A stretch of 56,921 nucleotides of DNA, counting the filler, from Sphacelaria rigidula (taxonomy: Eukaryota), in the NCBI GenBank assembly GCA_964200075.2. It is 7 parts of 7 records of this genome, joined end to end, with 100 filler letters (N's around TTAATTAATTAA, not from the genome) between each part and the next. Parts side by side here need not be neighbours in the genome. Positions count along the whole stretch, not along the records: positions 32,586 to 40,631 come from CAXNAA020012517.1; positions 40,732 to 48,776 come from CAXNAA020012518.1; positions 48,877 to 56,921 come from CAXNAA020012519.1; 4 more parts are not named here. The stretch is one strand, 5' to 3'. Positions 37,570-56,860 of the stretch are shown one piece after another; position 1 is the first letter of the stretch; every line of letters starts with the position of its first letter. A program made the translations under genes and the position numbers. The notes beneath the pieces are model-generated. The model searched no databases. It worked only from the letters and a program-made list of their open reading frames with translations, and was not told the DNA's origin.

Positions 37570-40405
37570 TTCAGGGCAGCAGAGTAGATACAGATACACA
37601 CCAGGGGGCACCGCAGACCCACCGACGAGGGACACAATCAACAACGGATATGAGCAGACAGGAATCTTCGGTTGGTTGCTCTCGGCGCAGCAGTCTCTCA
37701 TTGATGACAGCGGTCTGATTCTCGTTTGTCTTCGCGTCGCCACGTGTCCTCAAACTCTTCCGCTCCTTTTTCGACTCCAGTATGCCATTTTCCCATGTTG
37801 TTCGACGCCGTTACCCAATCGTACACATGGTTAACGACTACACGTAGACGAACCATCTCCGTCGGGCTCCTTTGTGCGGAACAGCCCCTGGTTCACGTAG
37901 ATTCTCCTGGAGGTATTCCTCCCGTCGTCTGGGTGTGTGGCCGGCCTCCGCTGTCCTCGTGCGGTTAGCCATCCGTTCACGATGCCTTCAGGGTTTCCTT
38001 CTGCCGGAAAAGGGCTCCCGCGAACCAAACTCGACGTTTACGGATAGTCGTTTGGGTACGTTCGCAATTGGTCACACCGAGCACCGCTCTGTACGGAAGA
38101 GTCTTGCAGCCATTTCGATATTCCCTGCGGAATGCAACCACTCGCAGCAAGAGCTTGTGATGAGCAGTCCGCAGACTGTCGGAGTCGTCAGAACGTAACG
38201 TCCATGTGGCACATCCGTACAACAGAGCTTCTACCACCTCAGCTTTAAGCAGCCGGACTTTCAAGGATAGCTGGGCGTCGGGCCGATCGTAGAGTTGGGA
38301 GCTATATTTTCGGATACGCGCCCACGCTACGTTGATGAGATGGTTGATTTCGATGTACTTTTTCGCATCCGCGCTGATAATACCACCAAGGTAAACGAAC
38401 TCCTCCGTCTGGTTGTATCGTTGACGGGCAGCTGTAATGTGCAGGGCGGCCTCCGTGGAACTGGGTATTGACCACAGGCGCATAGAATCTGTCTTGCTCT
38501 CGGAGACCGTCAGGCCGAATTGGTGGCAGGCCACCACTACCACGGCCATCATTGGAGCAAGGCCGTCTGAGGTTCTCGAGACTTTGCCGGCGTCGTCCGC
38601 ATAAAGCGTTGTCCACACCGCGCGTCGCACGTTCTCCAGCGACGTCTCTTCACGGGTTCAGCACCGTCACCTCTTGGCGCATCATCTAGGAAGACCAAGT
38701 CGGAGACAATGACTGGTCCCGCGGCGGACCACTGTACGATCACGTCGACCGAGGCTGCTCCGAAGATATGGAATAACAGCGGGGACGAAACGCAACCTCG
38801 TCGGAGTCCCTGGCAGACGTGGAACCACGCCGATACGATAGTTCGCCACCATCTAGCTGTACCCGAGCTCGCATGCCGTCGTGAAACATGCGGATAATCG
38901 TGATCATCCGCGACGGGACTCCGAACCGAGCAAGCACATCCCACAGGAGCGTGCGGTCTACGGAATCGTAGGCTTTCTGCAGATCGACAAAGCGCATCCT
39001 TAGTACGCCCGTCCGAATTCCTGAAGTCGGCGTACTACGAACATTATGTCTGTGGTCAGTGGTTGTCGTCAAATCCGCCCTGCTCTTCCGGGATGATATA
39101 TGTTTCCTCGCGAGAATTACCGAGCCTGTTGGCTACGATTTTAAGGAGAACATTAGCAGCATGTGCCACAAGTGAAATGCCTCTGTAGTTACCATACTCT
39201 ATTCTATCCTTTCTTTTTGTGCAGCACTTTGATGGTGGCATCTTTTCATTCCGGCGGCGCCTCGCCATGTCCAAACCGCAGAGATGATGCTGTGGAAGTG
39301 GTACATAATCTCCGACGCCTTCCCGTTCAGTCCAAGCTTCAGGATTCCAGCAGGTAGACCGTCCTGACCCGTCACTTCGTCGTTCGACATGGCTCTCAGA
39401 GCTTCTCCAGTTTCACTTGGGCGTAGCGGGTCTCCTAGTAAACAGCACTATCAGTCATTGCACAATCTTCTCAACGACGGTTCGGTCGATAGTTGCCGAT
39501 ATGGCGTTTAGCAATGTGGAGGAGTACCTTTCCCACCTCTCACCGACCAAACCTTTGTCCCGCCGTACATTGCCGTCCTCATCTCGTATGTACTGCTCAC
39601 TCTCGATTGGTCATCCAGACAGTCTCCACGCTCCTTTGAGATGTCTGTACCCTCCTCTCATGCCCCCCACTCGAGTGTACGCCTCCAACTCTCTAGCATA
39701 CACATCCACGTGTTAGTCAACTCCAGCTTGAATCACTTCTTTGACCTTTTTGCACGCTACTCGCAGCGTGCGCCATGCGGGTTTATCTCGTTTATCTCGT
39801 GATGGTCCCATCGCACCATCGATCTCGCCCTGTCCTTCTCATTCCACACCTGTTCCAACTCCGTTCGGATGGCAGCATCCTCGAACCACCCCGGTATACG
39901 CGACTTTCGGGTCAGACGGGGTATCACCTTTTCAGTGGCCCTCAGGAGTACGTCGGCAAAATTCGCAGGCAGTGTAGTAACTGTATTGCCAGATATGCTC
40001 TGTTTTGATGTGCTGGGCGAGTTGCTCACGTCTGTCGATGTCGGGTATTTGCTGCCAGTCTGTCTGTCGATCGGTGTGCGTCCAACTAGGATTCGTCTAG
40101 GTCTGTTGTGTGCGAAGTGATCAAGGAGACGTACTGAGGCGCACACGATACTTTGGTCAGAGTCGGCGAGATGGGGAATTGAAGGTGGACAGTGTCGTTG
40201 CCACCAAGCCTGCGGTGATCTTACCGTGTGAGGATGTAGTCAGCGCGTTTTTCTTCACAGTACGATTCGCAATACCGTTGAACGTACTCGAGGTGTTTCC
40301 CTTGGGGGTGGAAAATAACGTGTTGGCCACGGCAAACTTGTTGTCACCTGCAAATTGCAAAAGAGAGGTGCCGTTACCGTCGTTTAATCGGGAGTCCCGG
40401 CCGTT
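37570..40405 (-). mobile_element. Decayed, 5'-truncated non-LTR retrotransposon (RTE-like LINE: APE C-terminus plus RT)
   Basis: Motifs [48 protein letters not shown] and ALLYGCATW. Many frameshifts. Homologous to 48877-51530. Confidence 0.93.
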
Positions 40406-40837
40406 TTTTTTTGTCGCACTTTGAATAACACCCCCTCCCCCTCCTCGGGACGAGTCCGTGGTCTCAAGGGATCGATCCATCTCTCCCCGGTACGGTACAC
40501 GCCTTGCATGTTGGTCTCGCGAATTGGGTCATGACTATCACCACTCCCGCACCGGGTCAGCCTCGGGTTCAGCCTGGTCCGGCGAGAACCCGGCGTGCTC
40601 CGTCCCGGCTTTGTAGGGGCGGACCCCCGATNNNNNNNNNNNNNNNNNNNNNNNNNNNNNNNNNNNNNNNNNNNNTTAATTAATTAANNNNNNNNNNNNN
40701 NNNNNNNNNNNNNNNNNNNNNNNNNNNNNNNCCCCCCCCCCCCCCCCCCCGCCTGCGCCACGAGGGTGGGACGGTGACACAAAATTTAGGCGAGAAAAAA
40801 AAAAAACGCCCCCCCCCCCCCCCCCCCCCCCCCTCAC

Positions 40838-41135
40838 CAGCCTGGTCCGGCGAGAACCCGGCGTGCTCCGTCCCGGCTTTGTAGGGACGGACGCCCGATG
40901 GGGTTGGCGTCGGTTGGCGATGACGCCATGAAACACACCATTCACTGCATAAGCTTGGCAACCAGGTCACCGTTTTGTTTTGCGCGCGCTTGCGTTTTTT
41001 GCGGTAACCATGATAGTAGTCGAGCTAGATCATGTTGTGCGGCGTGCGAGAACCTCAAGTCCGCACAATGGGTACGATCGCACTACCTAGTGTTTAAATC
41101 GTGAGACACCCTTGAGGCAGTGTATAAGCCGTGAC
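40838..41135 (-). repeat. Interspersed repeat copy (same family as 24770-25060)
   Basis: Reverse complement aligns along its length with 24770-25060. Confidence 0.75.
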
Positions 41136-41581
41136 TGTTCTGACGTTTATCTCAGCATTACCAGCACGCTGCGAAAAGCATCGATTCGAGATTTACAGTC
41201 TGTAAGGCATTGCTGATTCTCCCAGCAACACCTTTTCATTTGATACCCACCTCCTGTTTCCCCCCGTCAAAAGCTGTGTGTTTCGCGCACCCTGGACCAT
41301 AGATTGCATAGGGGGGAAAAGTGTGCTGCGTACGGTATCGAATCTATTGTGTATTGCAGTGGACAATGAATTCGATACTGTACGCGGTACACTTCCGGCC
41401 AACGTACTCGATTGCCCATAATACGTTTTTTTTTGCAGCAGATTGTCCAGTCGCGTTGTTGCTTTTTGCCCTTGTTCTTTTGTAGAACATTTTGTTTTGC
41501 TACTCATATGTATATTCGTCATAATTTGTTCCCCCCCCGTTTCCCGTTCCCCATGCCGTGCACTGACGACGGCTTCAACAG

Positions 41582-48268
<6,687 letters not shown>

Positions 48269-48712
48269 GTGAGAGCGAGTTTTGGGGAATGAGAGAGAAG
48301 GCGACGGAGGGGGAGGGGGGGTTGACCGTAAAGTTGGTTCATTCGAATCCGTTGGTGGTAGTCTCAGTACGATGTAACTCTGCTCTTCTTGACTGGGAAA
48401 GTCTCAGCGCCACCGATCGTGGTACCCAATGCTGTTTGTTTGTGGGTCGTCAAACATGCGGTGTTTTTGCGCCGTCGTCGTTGTCGGGCAACTTTCTGCT
48501 CTTGTCGCCCTTCATTTCAGCTTCAGCTTCTCACCGACAGGCTTGGGGATGGGGGCGGGGGGGAGACAAATTCAGGTCATGACAGGTGCTAGTTCCGCAG
48601 CCGATTGCAGATGTTCCGCGTCTCGGCCAATGGAATAGCCATACAGGGGAGGACCAATAGTGGTACCTAGAACGTTGCCTTGAATTCTCCCAGAGTTTTG
48701 CAGGTGTAACTA

Positions 48713-48776
48713 GCCGGTCGCCCCGGTGGCTCAGTTGGTAACCTCGTAACCTTCTGATGGTTGAGTTGGGGGGTTC
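48713..48776 (+). mobile_element. 5' head of the tRNA-derived SINE-like element, cut by the contig end
   Basis: GCCGGTCGCCCCGGTGGCTCAGTTGGTA...GGGTTC matches 11948-12010. Confidence 0.65.
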
Positions 48777-48876
48777 NNNNNNNNNNNNNNNNNNNNNNNN
48801 NNNNNNNNNNNNNNNNNNNNTTAATTAATTAANNNNNNNNNNNNNNNNNNNNNNNNNNNNNNNNNNNNNNNNNNNN

Positions 48877-51530
48877 ACACCGTAGACGAACCATGCCCGT
48901 CGGGCTTCTTTGTGCGGGACAGCCCCTAGTGTACGCAGGTTCTCCTGGAGGTTATTCTTCCATTGCTTGGGGGGGGCGGCCGGCCTCCTTGGAACCTGTG
49001 TGGCTAACCGATCTTGCATGACGCGTTCACGAAGGCGCGTTTTCGTCTGCCGGACAAGGGCTCCCGCGAACCATAGTTGACGTTTGCGGATCGTCGTCTC
49101 GATACGTTCTCAGTTGGTCATCTGAAGCCCCGCTCTGGGTGAAAGAGTCTTGTAGCCCTTTCGATCTTTCCTGCGGAATCCAACCATTCCTAGCAAGAGC
49201 TTGTGATGGGCAGTGCGCAGACTGTCGAAGCCCTCAGAACTTAGCGTCCATGTGGCACATCCATACAACAGAGCTTCTACCACCTCCGCTTGAAGCAGTC
49301 GAACTTTCAAGGATAACTCGGCGTTGGGTCGGTCGTACAGTTGGGAGTAATATTTTCGGATACGCGCCCACGCCGCGCTGATACGGCGGTTGATTTCCAT
49401 GAACATTTTTGCAACCGCGCTGATAGCTCCACCAACGTAGATGAACTCCCCCGTCTGCTTATACCATTGACCAGCAGCTTAGATATCCAGGGCGGCCTCT
49501 GTGGGACTGGGCACTGACTAAAGGCGCATGGGCTTTGGCTTGCTCTCGGAGACCATCGGGCCGAATTCCCGGCAGGTCATCACCATCACGGCCATCATTC
49601 AAGCAAGACCTCCTGAGGTCCTAGACACTATACCGGCGTCGTCCGCATAAAGCATTGTGCACAACGCGCGTCGCACCTTTCCCAGCGGTGTCTCTTCCAC
49701 GGGTTCACCACCGTCACCTTCTGGCGCATCATCTTGAAAGGCCAAGTCTGAGACGAAAACTGGGTCCGCCGCAAACCGTTGAACGATCACTTCCACCAAG
49801 CCTGGCCCGAAGATGTTCAACAACAGCGGGGGCAAAACAAGCCCTTGTCTGAGTCCCAGGCAGACGTGGAACAACACTGAATTTTGCCACTATCTAGCTG
49901 AACTCGAGCTCGCATGCCGTCGTCAAACATACGGATGATCGTGATCATCCACGACGGGACTCCGAACCGAGCAAGCACTTCCCACAGGAGCGTGCTGTCT
50001 ACGGAATCGTAGGCTTTGTGCAGATCGATAAAACACATGTTTGTTGGGACGTTGCTAGCCCGTCCCAACTCCTGAAGCCGGCGTACTATGAACATCTGTC
50101 TGTGGTCGATCTTTGGCGCCTAAATCCACACTGTTCTTCCGGGAAGATATCTATTTCCTCACAAGTATTACTGAGTCTGCTGGCCACGAACTTGCGCAGA
50201 ACTTCAGCAGTATGTACCACAAGTGAAATGCCTCTGTAGTTACCACACTCGGTCTCCTCTTTCTTCTTGTGCAGTACTTTGATAGTGACATCGTTCCATT
50301 CTTGCGGCACCTCGCCAGATGTCCAAACCGCAGAGATGATGCTTTGAAAGTGATACAGAGCCTCCGACGCCTCCCCGTTCAGTCCAAGCTTCAGGATTCC
50401 AGCAAGAATACTATTCGGACCGGTTGCCTCGCCGTTCGACATAGCTTTCAGAGCCTCCTCAGTTTCACTTGGGCTTGGTGGGTCTCCTAGTGACAGCGCT
50501 ATTGGTCGTTGAGCAATCTTCTCGATGACGGTTTGGTCGATAGTTGCCGATATGGCGTTCAGCAATGTAGAAAAGTACCGTCCCCATCTCCCACTGATCG
50601 AACCTTTGTCCCGCAGCAAATTGCCGTCCTCATCTCGAATGTACTGCCCACTCTCGATTGGTCGTCTAGACAGTGTCCACCCTCCGTTGAGATGTCTGTA
50701 CCGTCCTCTCATGTCCCCCGCTCGAGTATACTCCTCTAGTTCTCTAGCATACACATCCATATACTCGTCCACCCCAACTTGGATAACTTCTTTGACCTTT
50801 TTGCATGCTGCTCGTAATTTGCGCCATGCGGGTTTATCTCGAGATGAATTCAGTCTCACCGTTGATCTCGCCCTTTCCCTCTCCATTCAGGCTCGAAAGC
50901 CGTTCTGATTTCAGCATCCTCGAACCACCCTGGTATACGTGGCTTTCGGGTCAGACGGGGTACCACCTTTTCAGCGGCACTCAAGAGTACATCGACAAAT
51001 TCCGTAGCCAGTGAACTCACTGTATCACCAGGTATACTCTGTTTGAGCTCGCTGGTGATGAGCTGGGTCAGCTGCTCACGTCTGTCGGGGTCAGATACTA
51101 TGGTCCGTCTGCCGATCGGTGTACCCCCAATTGGGGTTCGTCTAGGTCTGTTGTGTGCGAAGCGACCAAGGAGTCGCACTGAGGCGCACATGATGTTGTG
51201 GTCAGAGTCTGGCGAGTTTGGGGGTTGAAGGTGGACGGTGACATTGCAAACAAGCCTGCGGTGATCTTGCCGTGTGAGGATGTAGTCAATGCGTTTCTCG
51301 TCCACGGGGTGATTTGCAACGCCGTTGGACGTACGCAAGGTGTTTCCCTTGGGGTTGGACAAGAACGTATTGGTCAGGGTAAGCCTGTTGTCGCCTGTAA
51401 ATCCCATAAGAGATATGCCATTATTGTCGTTGGATCGGGAGTCCCGGCCGTATGCTCCTACAATTTTACGTTCCTTTTCGCCTGTTCGTACTCCTGTTCA
51501 TGCGCTTAGAGTCCGATCAACTGGTTTTCA
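48877..51530 (-). mobile_element. Decayed RTE-like LINE (APE endonuclease C-terminal half plus RT)
   Basis: Endonuclease motifs GAYGRDSR, RIDYILTRQ and DSDHNI. RT motifs [34 protein letters not shown] and LYADDAG. Frameshifted. Confidence 0.94.
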
Positions 51531-52317
51531 CGCAGGGAGACGTACTTGCATCTCCGAGCCATCCCACGCTAGAAGGCGGGCCAATCGTTGCCTGAACGTT
51601 GTTCCCTCGGAAACCGACATGGTGATGACAAGCGCTCAGCGTTATCGCAGAATAACTCTTTGCGGCTACATACTTTACTATATCTTCTGGACCGACAACG
51701 ATAGCCTGCTACGAACTCGTCCCTGTATACAGCAACGATCCGGGGTTGTTCTCCTTCGGAAACGTCAAGGTAGATGTAGTACCGATCCCGATGAAAATTG
51801 CAGCAGTAACAGCACGAGATGTTACTAGCCCATGCCGCATGGCTCCCCGTACGGAGACCTGTAGCCAAATGATACCAAGCCGTAGGTTTCAGTATGATCG
51901 CATGCATGATTGGAGCAGATGCAGGGGACAGGGGATCCTGGATTGATGACCCTTATTTGTGTGGCCCCTTGCTGTTTAGCTCTTGATGTGGTCTGTAGAG
52001 GACCACTCCGTGATAATAACAAGGAAGAAGAAAGAACTTGTCGAGCACGAGGCCAGTGCTACTGGAGGAGTCCCTCATGGATAGTCCTCTTGTCCGGATC
52101 GTCCGGCAGAGGCTGTAATATCTAGATATTATTCTCCCGACACTCTGTTAGAGGAGTTTTGGCTGAGGAGGAAAGTGGGCAGCAGCTAAGAGCCAGTTTA
52201 GCCCGCAGACAGGAGGAGACCAACTTGAAGCGCACAGCAGAGGGGGACGCTCCGTGAGCTGGAGGACGTACATGTCAGGCAAGAGTCTCTCCGTGATGTG
52301 TTTGAAGTATAGACGAC

Positions 52318-53130
52318 ATGGCTCAAGCGGCGGTAGCGCCGCTGGTATTAGGTGAGCCACTACAGCCGCCAAAGTATGGAGAAGTGTGGACAGAAGAGGC
52401 ATCACGCGTTTTTTTCGCAGGATATCTTGAATACATACAGCGGTGGAATCTCGCAAATTCACGAGGAATTATACGGCATGAGAGAGTAAGCATAGGGCAA
52501 CTCATTCCTGTCTACATTCACCGCTGTTTCGAAGACATGTACAAGGACGGTCGGGCTATGCCCCCCGATGAATTGCTTGATGCTGTGAAGCAGCATGCCG
52601 GGTATACTACAACCGGTGGAAAGCATGATGCTACGCGGGCTGCAGCAGACCTGCGTAGGATACTTACGATGAAGCAGAACGGGGGGGAAACTATCAGGGA
52701 TTGTGCTATGATGGTCAGTTCAGATGTGGAAAGTGTTTTTGCAGAGAACTTGATGGTGCAAGCCATGTACCGTGCGGAGGGCAGGAGTTGGTTGCCAGGC
52801 CCGGCCGAGTCGGTTTCCATAGCTTTGGTGGACGGGATTTCGCCCCCGAAATTCAAGGCATATGTTTGAAGTTTACTAACGTATGTTGACGGCTGGACTA
52901 AGAACCCGACGGTGGTGTTCAAAAACTATTTGGGGCGGCTGACCAGTGGAAGTTCAGTGAAGCACATGGCCGGCGCAACTCTGCAACAAGTAAGTGCAGG
53001 TGGTATGCGCCGGAAACACCAACAGCAACAGAAACAGCAGCCGTCTTCGCGAGAGTCGTCCACTTGCGCGTGATACAACTGCGACGACACCGGACATATG
53101 ATCAAGGACTGCCCCAAGGCTTGCGCTCAA
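52318..53130 (+). pseudogene. gag: Gypsy gag (degenerate)
   Basis: MAQAAVAPLVLGEP... ORF homologous to copy 1; knuckle remnant YNCDDTGHMIKDCP. Confidence 0.8.
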
Positions 53131-53531
53131 GGCGCGGCACAGGGCAATGCACGAGATTTATCAGGATCTAGGGGCGGTCGTCACGGTGGACGGGGCCGTG
53201 CCAATAAGGGACGCGGGCGCGGCGACCGCGTTAGCAAGCAATCGGCGGCGGATAGTGGTTCCTCCGCTGCTATTTCTTCCACTTCGTCATCATGTGGTGA
53301 CTCTGGATCTTATGGTTCGTCCGTAGCGGGGCCGACAGTGTACGTGGGAAGGTGGGGAGTGCTGGAGGGAATAGCTCGCAACCCCTCGGCCAGACAGGAG
53401 CCGTGTCTGGTGCATTTCCTACTGCTGCGACGGCTGTAACAGCGCCGTCTGCATATTCGGCGACTTGGTGCGGTTGGGCCGACGATTCTCAGCTATGTAT
53501 GCCAAGTGCTGGAGGGCAGCCCTGACGTCAG

Positions 53532-56226
53532 GTGACTCTTGAGACAGAACAGGGTTCTTCGGCAGGCGTGGTACCTGTCGATCGCAAGGCTGAATGCTTA
53601 CGCGCGGATTTAGCCTTGCCTGGTTTTGTAGAATCGTTCATGGCCCGCGTTATTTTGGAGTCTGGATCCGCGCTCACGTCGATCGGTGTGGGGTTGGTAG
53701 AACAGATTTCTTCGCAATTTGGCAGCGCTCAGCTTCAAATTCCGTTCGAAAACGGACCGCAAACGGCGCAGACCGCCACGGGTGCTCCCGTGACGCTTAC
53801 ACACAATACGGCGCTAATCACTGTTAGCGCGCGTACGCCGTGGGGGGCTGTGCAGTTGCAGCCCATTACTTTCGCTGTCATGCCCGGGAGGGGCAACGTG
53901 GTTCTATTTGGGATGGCGACAATGAAGGAGCTCGGGATTGATCCATATCAGCTGGCGTTGGAGAAGTTACGCCCGCGTGCTATGCTGGTGCAAACCGGCA
54001 TGGAAAACCCCAGTTACCTTGCTGCAAGGCGTGTGATCGTGTCCATAGGGCCATTCCAGAGCGCCAATGAGGGGGAGACTCTTGCTGATGAAGCGGTGGA
54101 GCGCTTGGTCGATCGAGGACCGGATATGTTCATGGACGCAGCAGAGGAGAGAGGTTCAAGAAAATGTGCGCTTGAGGATAGTGTGCGGCAGGCCGAGCAG
54201 AAGGGCCTGAGCGCCGATGGCTCACATTGTCTGCGTGATATTGTGGCTCGTCGCGTAGATACATTTCGTCGTGCGCTGCGTAGTGATCCGCCAGCGCGCG
54301 TGGAGCCAATGAAGGAGGCTGTGAAGGCCAAGCCTCGCCGCTGCAATCCGGGGAAGACCGTGTGGCTTGCTTTATGCATCGCAGTTTTGCTGGCATTCGG
54401 TTCGTTGGTTAGGAATATTCAGACTGTGTGGGCGAGTCCGGCGATGACGGTGCCGAAGAGGAACACCGTTCGTTTGGCCAGCAATTATGAGGCAGTGAAG
54501 GCGCAGGTGGAACAATCGCCGGGGGTGATGCCAAGCCAACAAGACGTGCGGGAGTTGCTGGGAGCCCAACAACAATATCGGTATGTCTGTTAACACATTC
54601 CCGGAGAGCGCATTTTTTGGAGAGATTTATTGTCTCGCTTCGTGAAGGTTCCTACCGTGCCTGTTCGTTCTGTTGCCGTGTACAGCCCGTGTGATGCCGA
54701 TGATTCGCTGCCCTCGTTAGATGTCAGTTGTATCGCGCAGCGCAAAACAGTCCGCTACGGTGTTCATTCTTTAACTACGACTTTCGGTCAAGCTACTTTG
54801 GCTGACGATGGTTTGTTTCTTGTGAGTGTTGGCAGTAGTGATGTTTTGTGGGTTCCGTCGGATAATAAGGCTCTACAAACTCGCTTGATGATGTGCGCTC
54901 ACATGCGGTCGGCTGGTCACCGTGGTGTGGCGCCGACACTATTTCATTTGAAATAATACTGTGTGTGGCTTCACATGGATTCCCACGTTCGCAGCTTCGT
55001 TCGCCAGTGTTTGCATTGTGTAGACACTCGTGCTGGTAAGATTGTACCTCGTATGACGATACTGTGCATGGCACTACGCCAGGTGAAGTTGTTCACTTTG
55101 ATTTATGTACGTCGGAAGTAGCGGACCTGAAGATGTTTATGATTTGCCTGAGGAGGATGGTTTTGGGTACGTTGTGGTTATCATGGATGATCTGACAAAT
55201 TTCGTTTGATTGGAGCCGACCGAAGCTTGCACCGCCGAGGTTACGGCTAAGCACTTGCTCCATTGGCACAAGACTTTGGGGGTGCCGCGTGTTTGGGTTA
55301 GTGATAACGGCACGTACGTCATTAATCGAGTGATCGCGCAGCTGAGCGATGCGCTGATTGTGCAACACCAATCTGCTGTTGCGTATACCCCTTGGTCGAA
55401 TGGTGCTTATGAACGCATGGTGAAAGAGGTTATTCGTGCGTTACGGTCTATTCTGTCGGAACAAAGACGGCTGGTGTTCTGAATGAGTTGATGTTCTGCC
55501 AGCCGCTCAGTGGGCGTTGAATACTTCTTTTCGTGAACGCTACCGCAACACTCCGTATTGTGTGATGTTCGGGGGTACGCCGGGTACAGCGTTTTCCGCG
55601 CTGGCTTCTGTCACTGGCGGCGAGCGGAACGTCGATGTCATGGATGCTCATTCGTTGCGTGACAAGGTTCGAGGCGTGGTTGACGAGCAAATGCGGTTTT
55701 GTAACGAAGTGCAAGCTCCTATCGCGGTGTCTCGCAAAACCAAACGTAAGCTTGCTCAGGGGCAGGCTGTGTTGCCCAAGTGTGCAGTTGGCGGTTTCGT
55801 ATTGTATGCCCGTGTTCAGAGGCAAGGTGTGACGCCAAAGTTGATGTCCACGTGTACAGGTCCGTGGCGAGTGGTCGGAGCCGATCACGCTCACGTGTAC
55901 TCGATGCAGAACATTGTTTCTGACGCCGTGCACTCGGCCCATGTCGCTCGTTTACTGTTCTATGTTGACTCGCAGTTGCACATCACTGCGGAACTAATAG
56001 ATGTATTTTGGCATTCGTATGCTCAAGGTGAATGTCGGATGAATGCTTCGGTGCACGTGGCTGAGGATGACAATGGTGTGTCATTGTTTTGGTCGATTGG
56101 GAAGGGTTCGGCGCTGAAGAACGTACGTAGGAGTCTCTCCGCAAGATTCATTCTTTTTCGCCTGAATTTGTTTTGAAGGAACTGCGTAAAATGCGGTTGA
56201 CTCGGGCGCTGACTTATTCAATTTAG
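53532..56226 (+). pseudogene. pol: Gypsy pol remnant: protease, RT N-terminus, integrase and C-terminal chromodomain
   Basis: VILESGSAL; SDNGTY and NGAYERM; TGPW. From 56080 the frame reads VIVLVDWEGFGAEERT*ESLRKI, which is chromodomain-like. Confidence 0.88.
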
Positions 56227-56774
56227 CGTCCGAGTATGGTATTTCTTTGTGATCTGGCGCATGAGATTTCGCCTTGGTTATTGTTGGTTGTCAAGCTCGT
56301 TCGTTTGTCTTGAACTCGCTTTGGGGGTGCTGTAGCCAAATGATACCAAGCCGTAGGTTTCAGTATGAATGCATGCATGATTGAAGCAGTCGCAGGGTAC
56401 AGGAGATCCAGGATTGATGCCCCTTATCTGGGTGACCTCTTGCTGTTTAGCTCGCGACGTGGTCTGTAGAGGATCACTCCGTGATAAAAACAACTGAGAA
56501 GAAAGGACTTGTCGAGCACGAGGTCAGTGCTACTGGAGGAGTCCCTCGTGGATAGTCCCCTCGTCCAGATCGTCTGGCCGAGGCTATAGACTGAACAGAA
56601 AAACAACAAAAGCCAAGGAGTGCAAAAAACGTGTCATGATTTCACGAATCTGCGTTCCTCTTATATATATATAGTCTTTTGACGAGCTCCTCGTGCCGAT
56701 CCAGGGTACACAGATTGTAATACGTGAGAGGACCGCGTGCTTAGAGGACCGCATCGGAATTTGAACGGCCCTAC

Positions 56775-56819
56775 GGTTAGGGTTAGGGTTACGGTTAGTG
56801 TTGGGGTTAGGGTCAGGGG
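56775..56819 (+). repeat. Degenerate (TTAGGG)n telomere-like tract
   Basis: GGTTAGGGTTAGGGTTACGGTTAGTGTTGGGGTTAGGGTCAGGGG; a weaker CCCTAA-like tract lies at 4527-4553. Confidence 0.7.
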
Positions 56820-56860
56820 CGTGGTACCTGCAGGGACTAACCCGATTGGTGATGAAAAAC

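Larger units (their letters stand above)
51860..56588 (+). mobile_element. Ty3/Gypsy LTR retrotransposon, decayed copy 2, chromodomain-bearing, most of RT/RNase H deleted
   Basis: Two 258-bp LTRs at 51860-52117 and 56331-56588. TSD GACC/GACT with one mismatch. G-rich PPT-like GGGGGTGC before the 3' LTR. gag, PR and IN are homologous to copy 1. Confidence 0.95.

Noticed and set aside
40570..40900. Direct repeat spanning the 40632-40731 gap as evidence that the contigs are adjacent
   Set aside because: This high-copy repeat also lies near another contig end (32330-32405). Length-sorted concatenation makes true adjacency unlikely.
51530..51859. Gypsy copy 2 nested inside the LINE
   Set aside because: Recognisable LINE endonuclease sequence stops near 51530 and none is seen after 56588. 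The elements are adjacent, not demonstrably nested.
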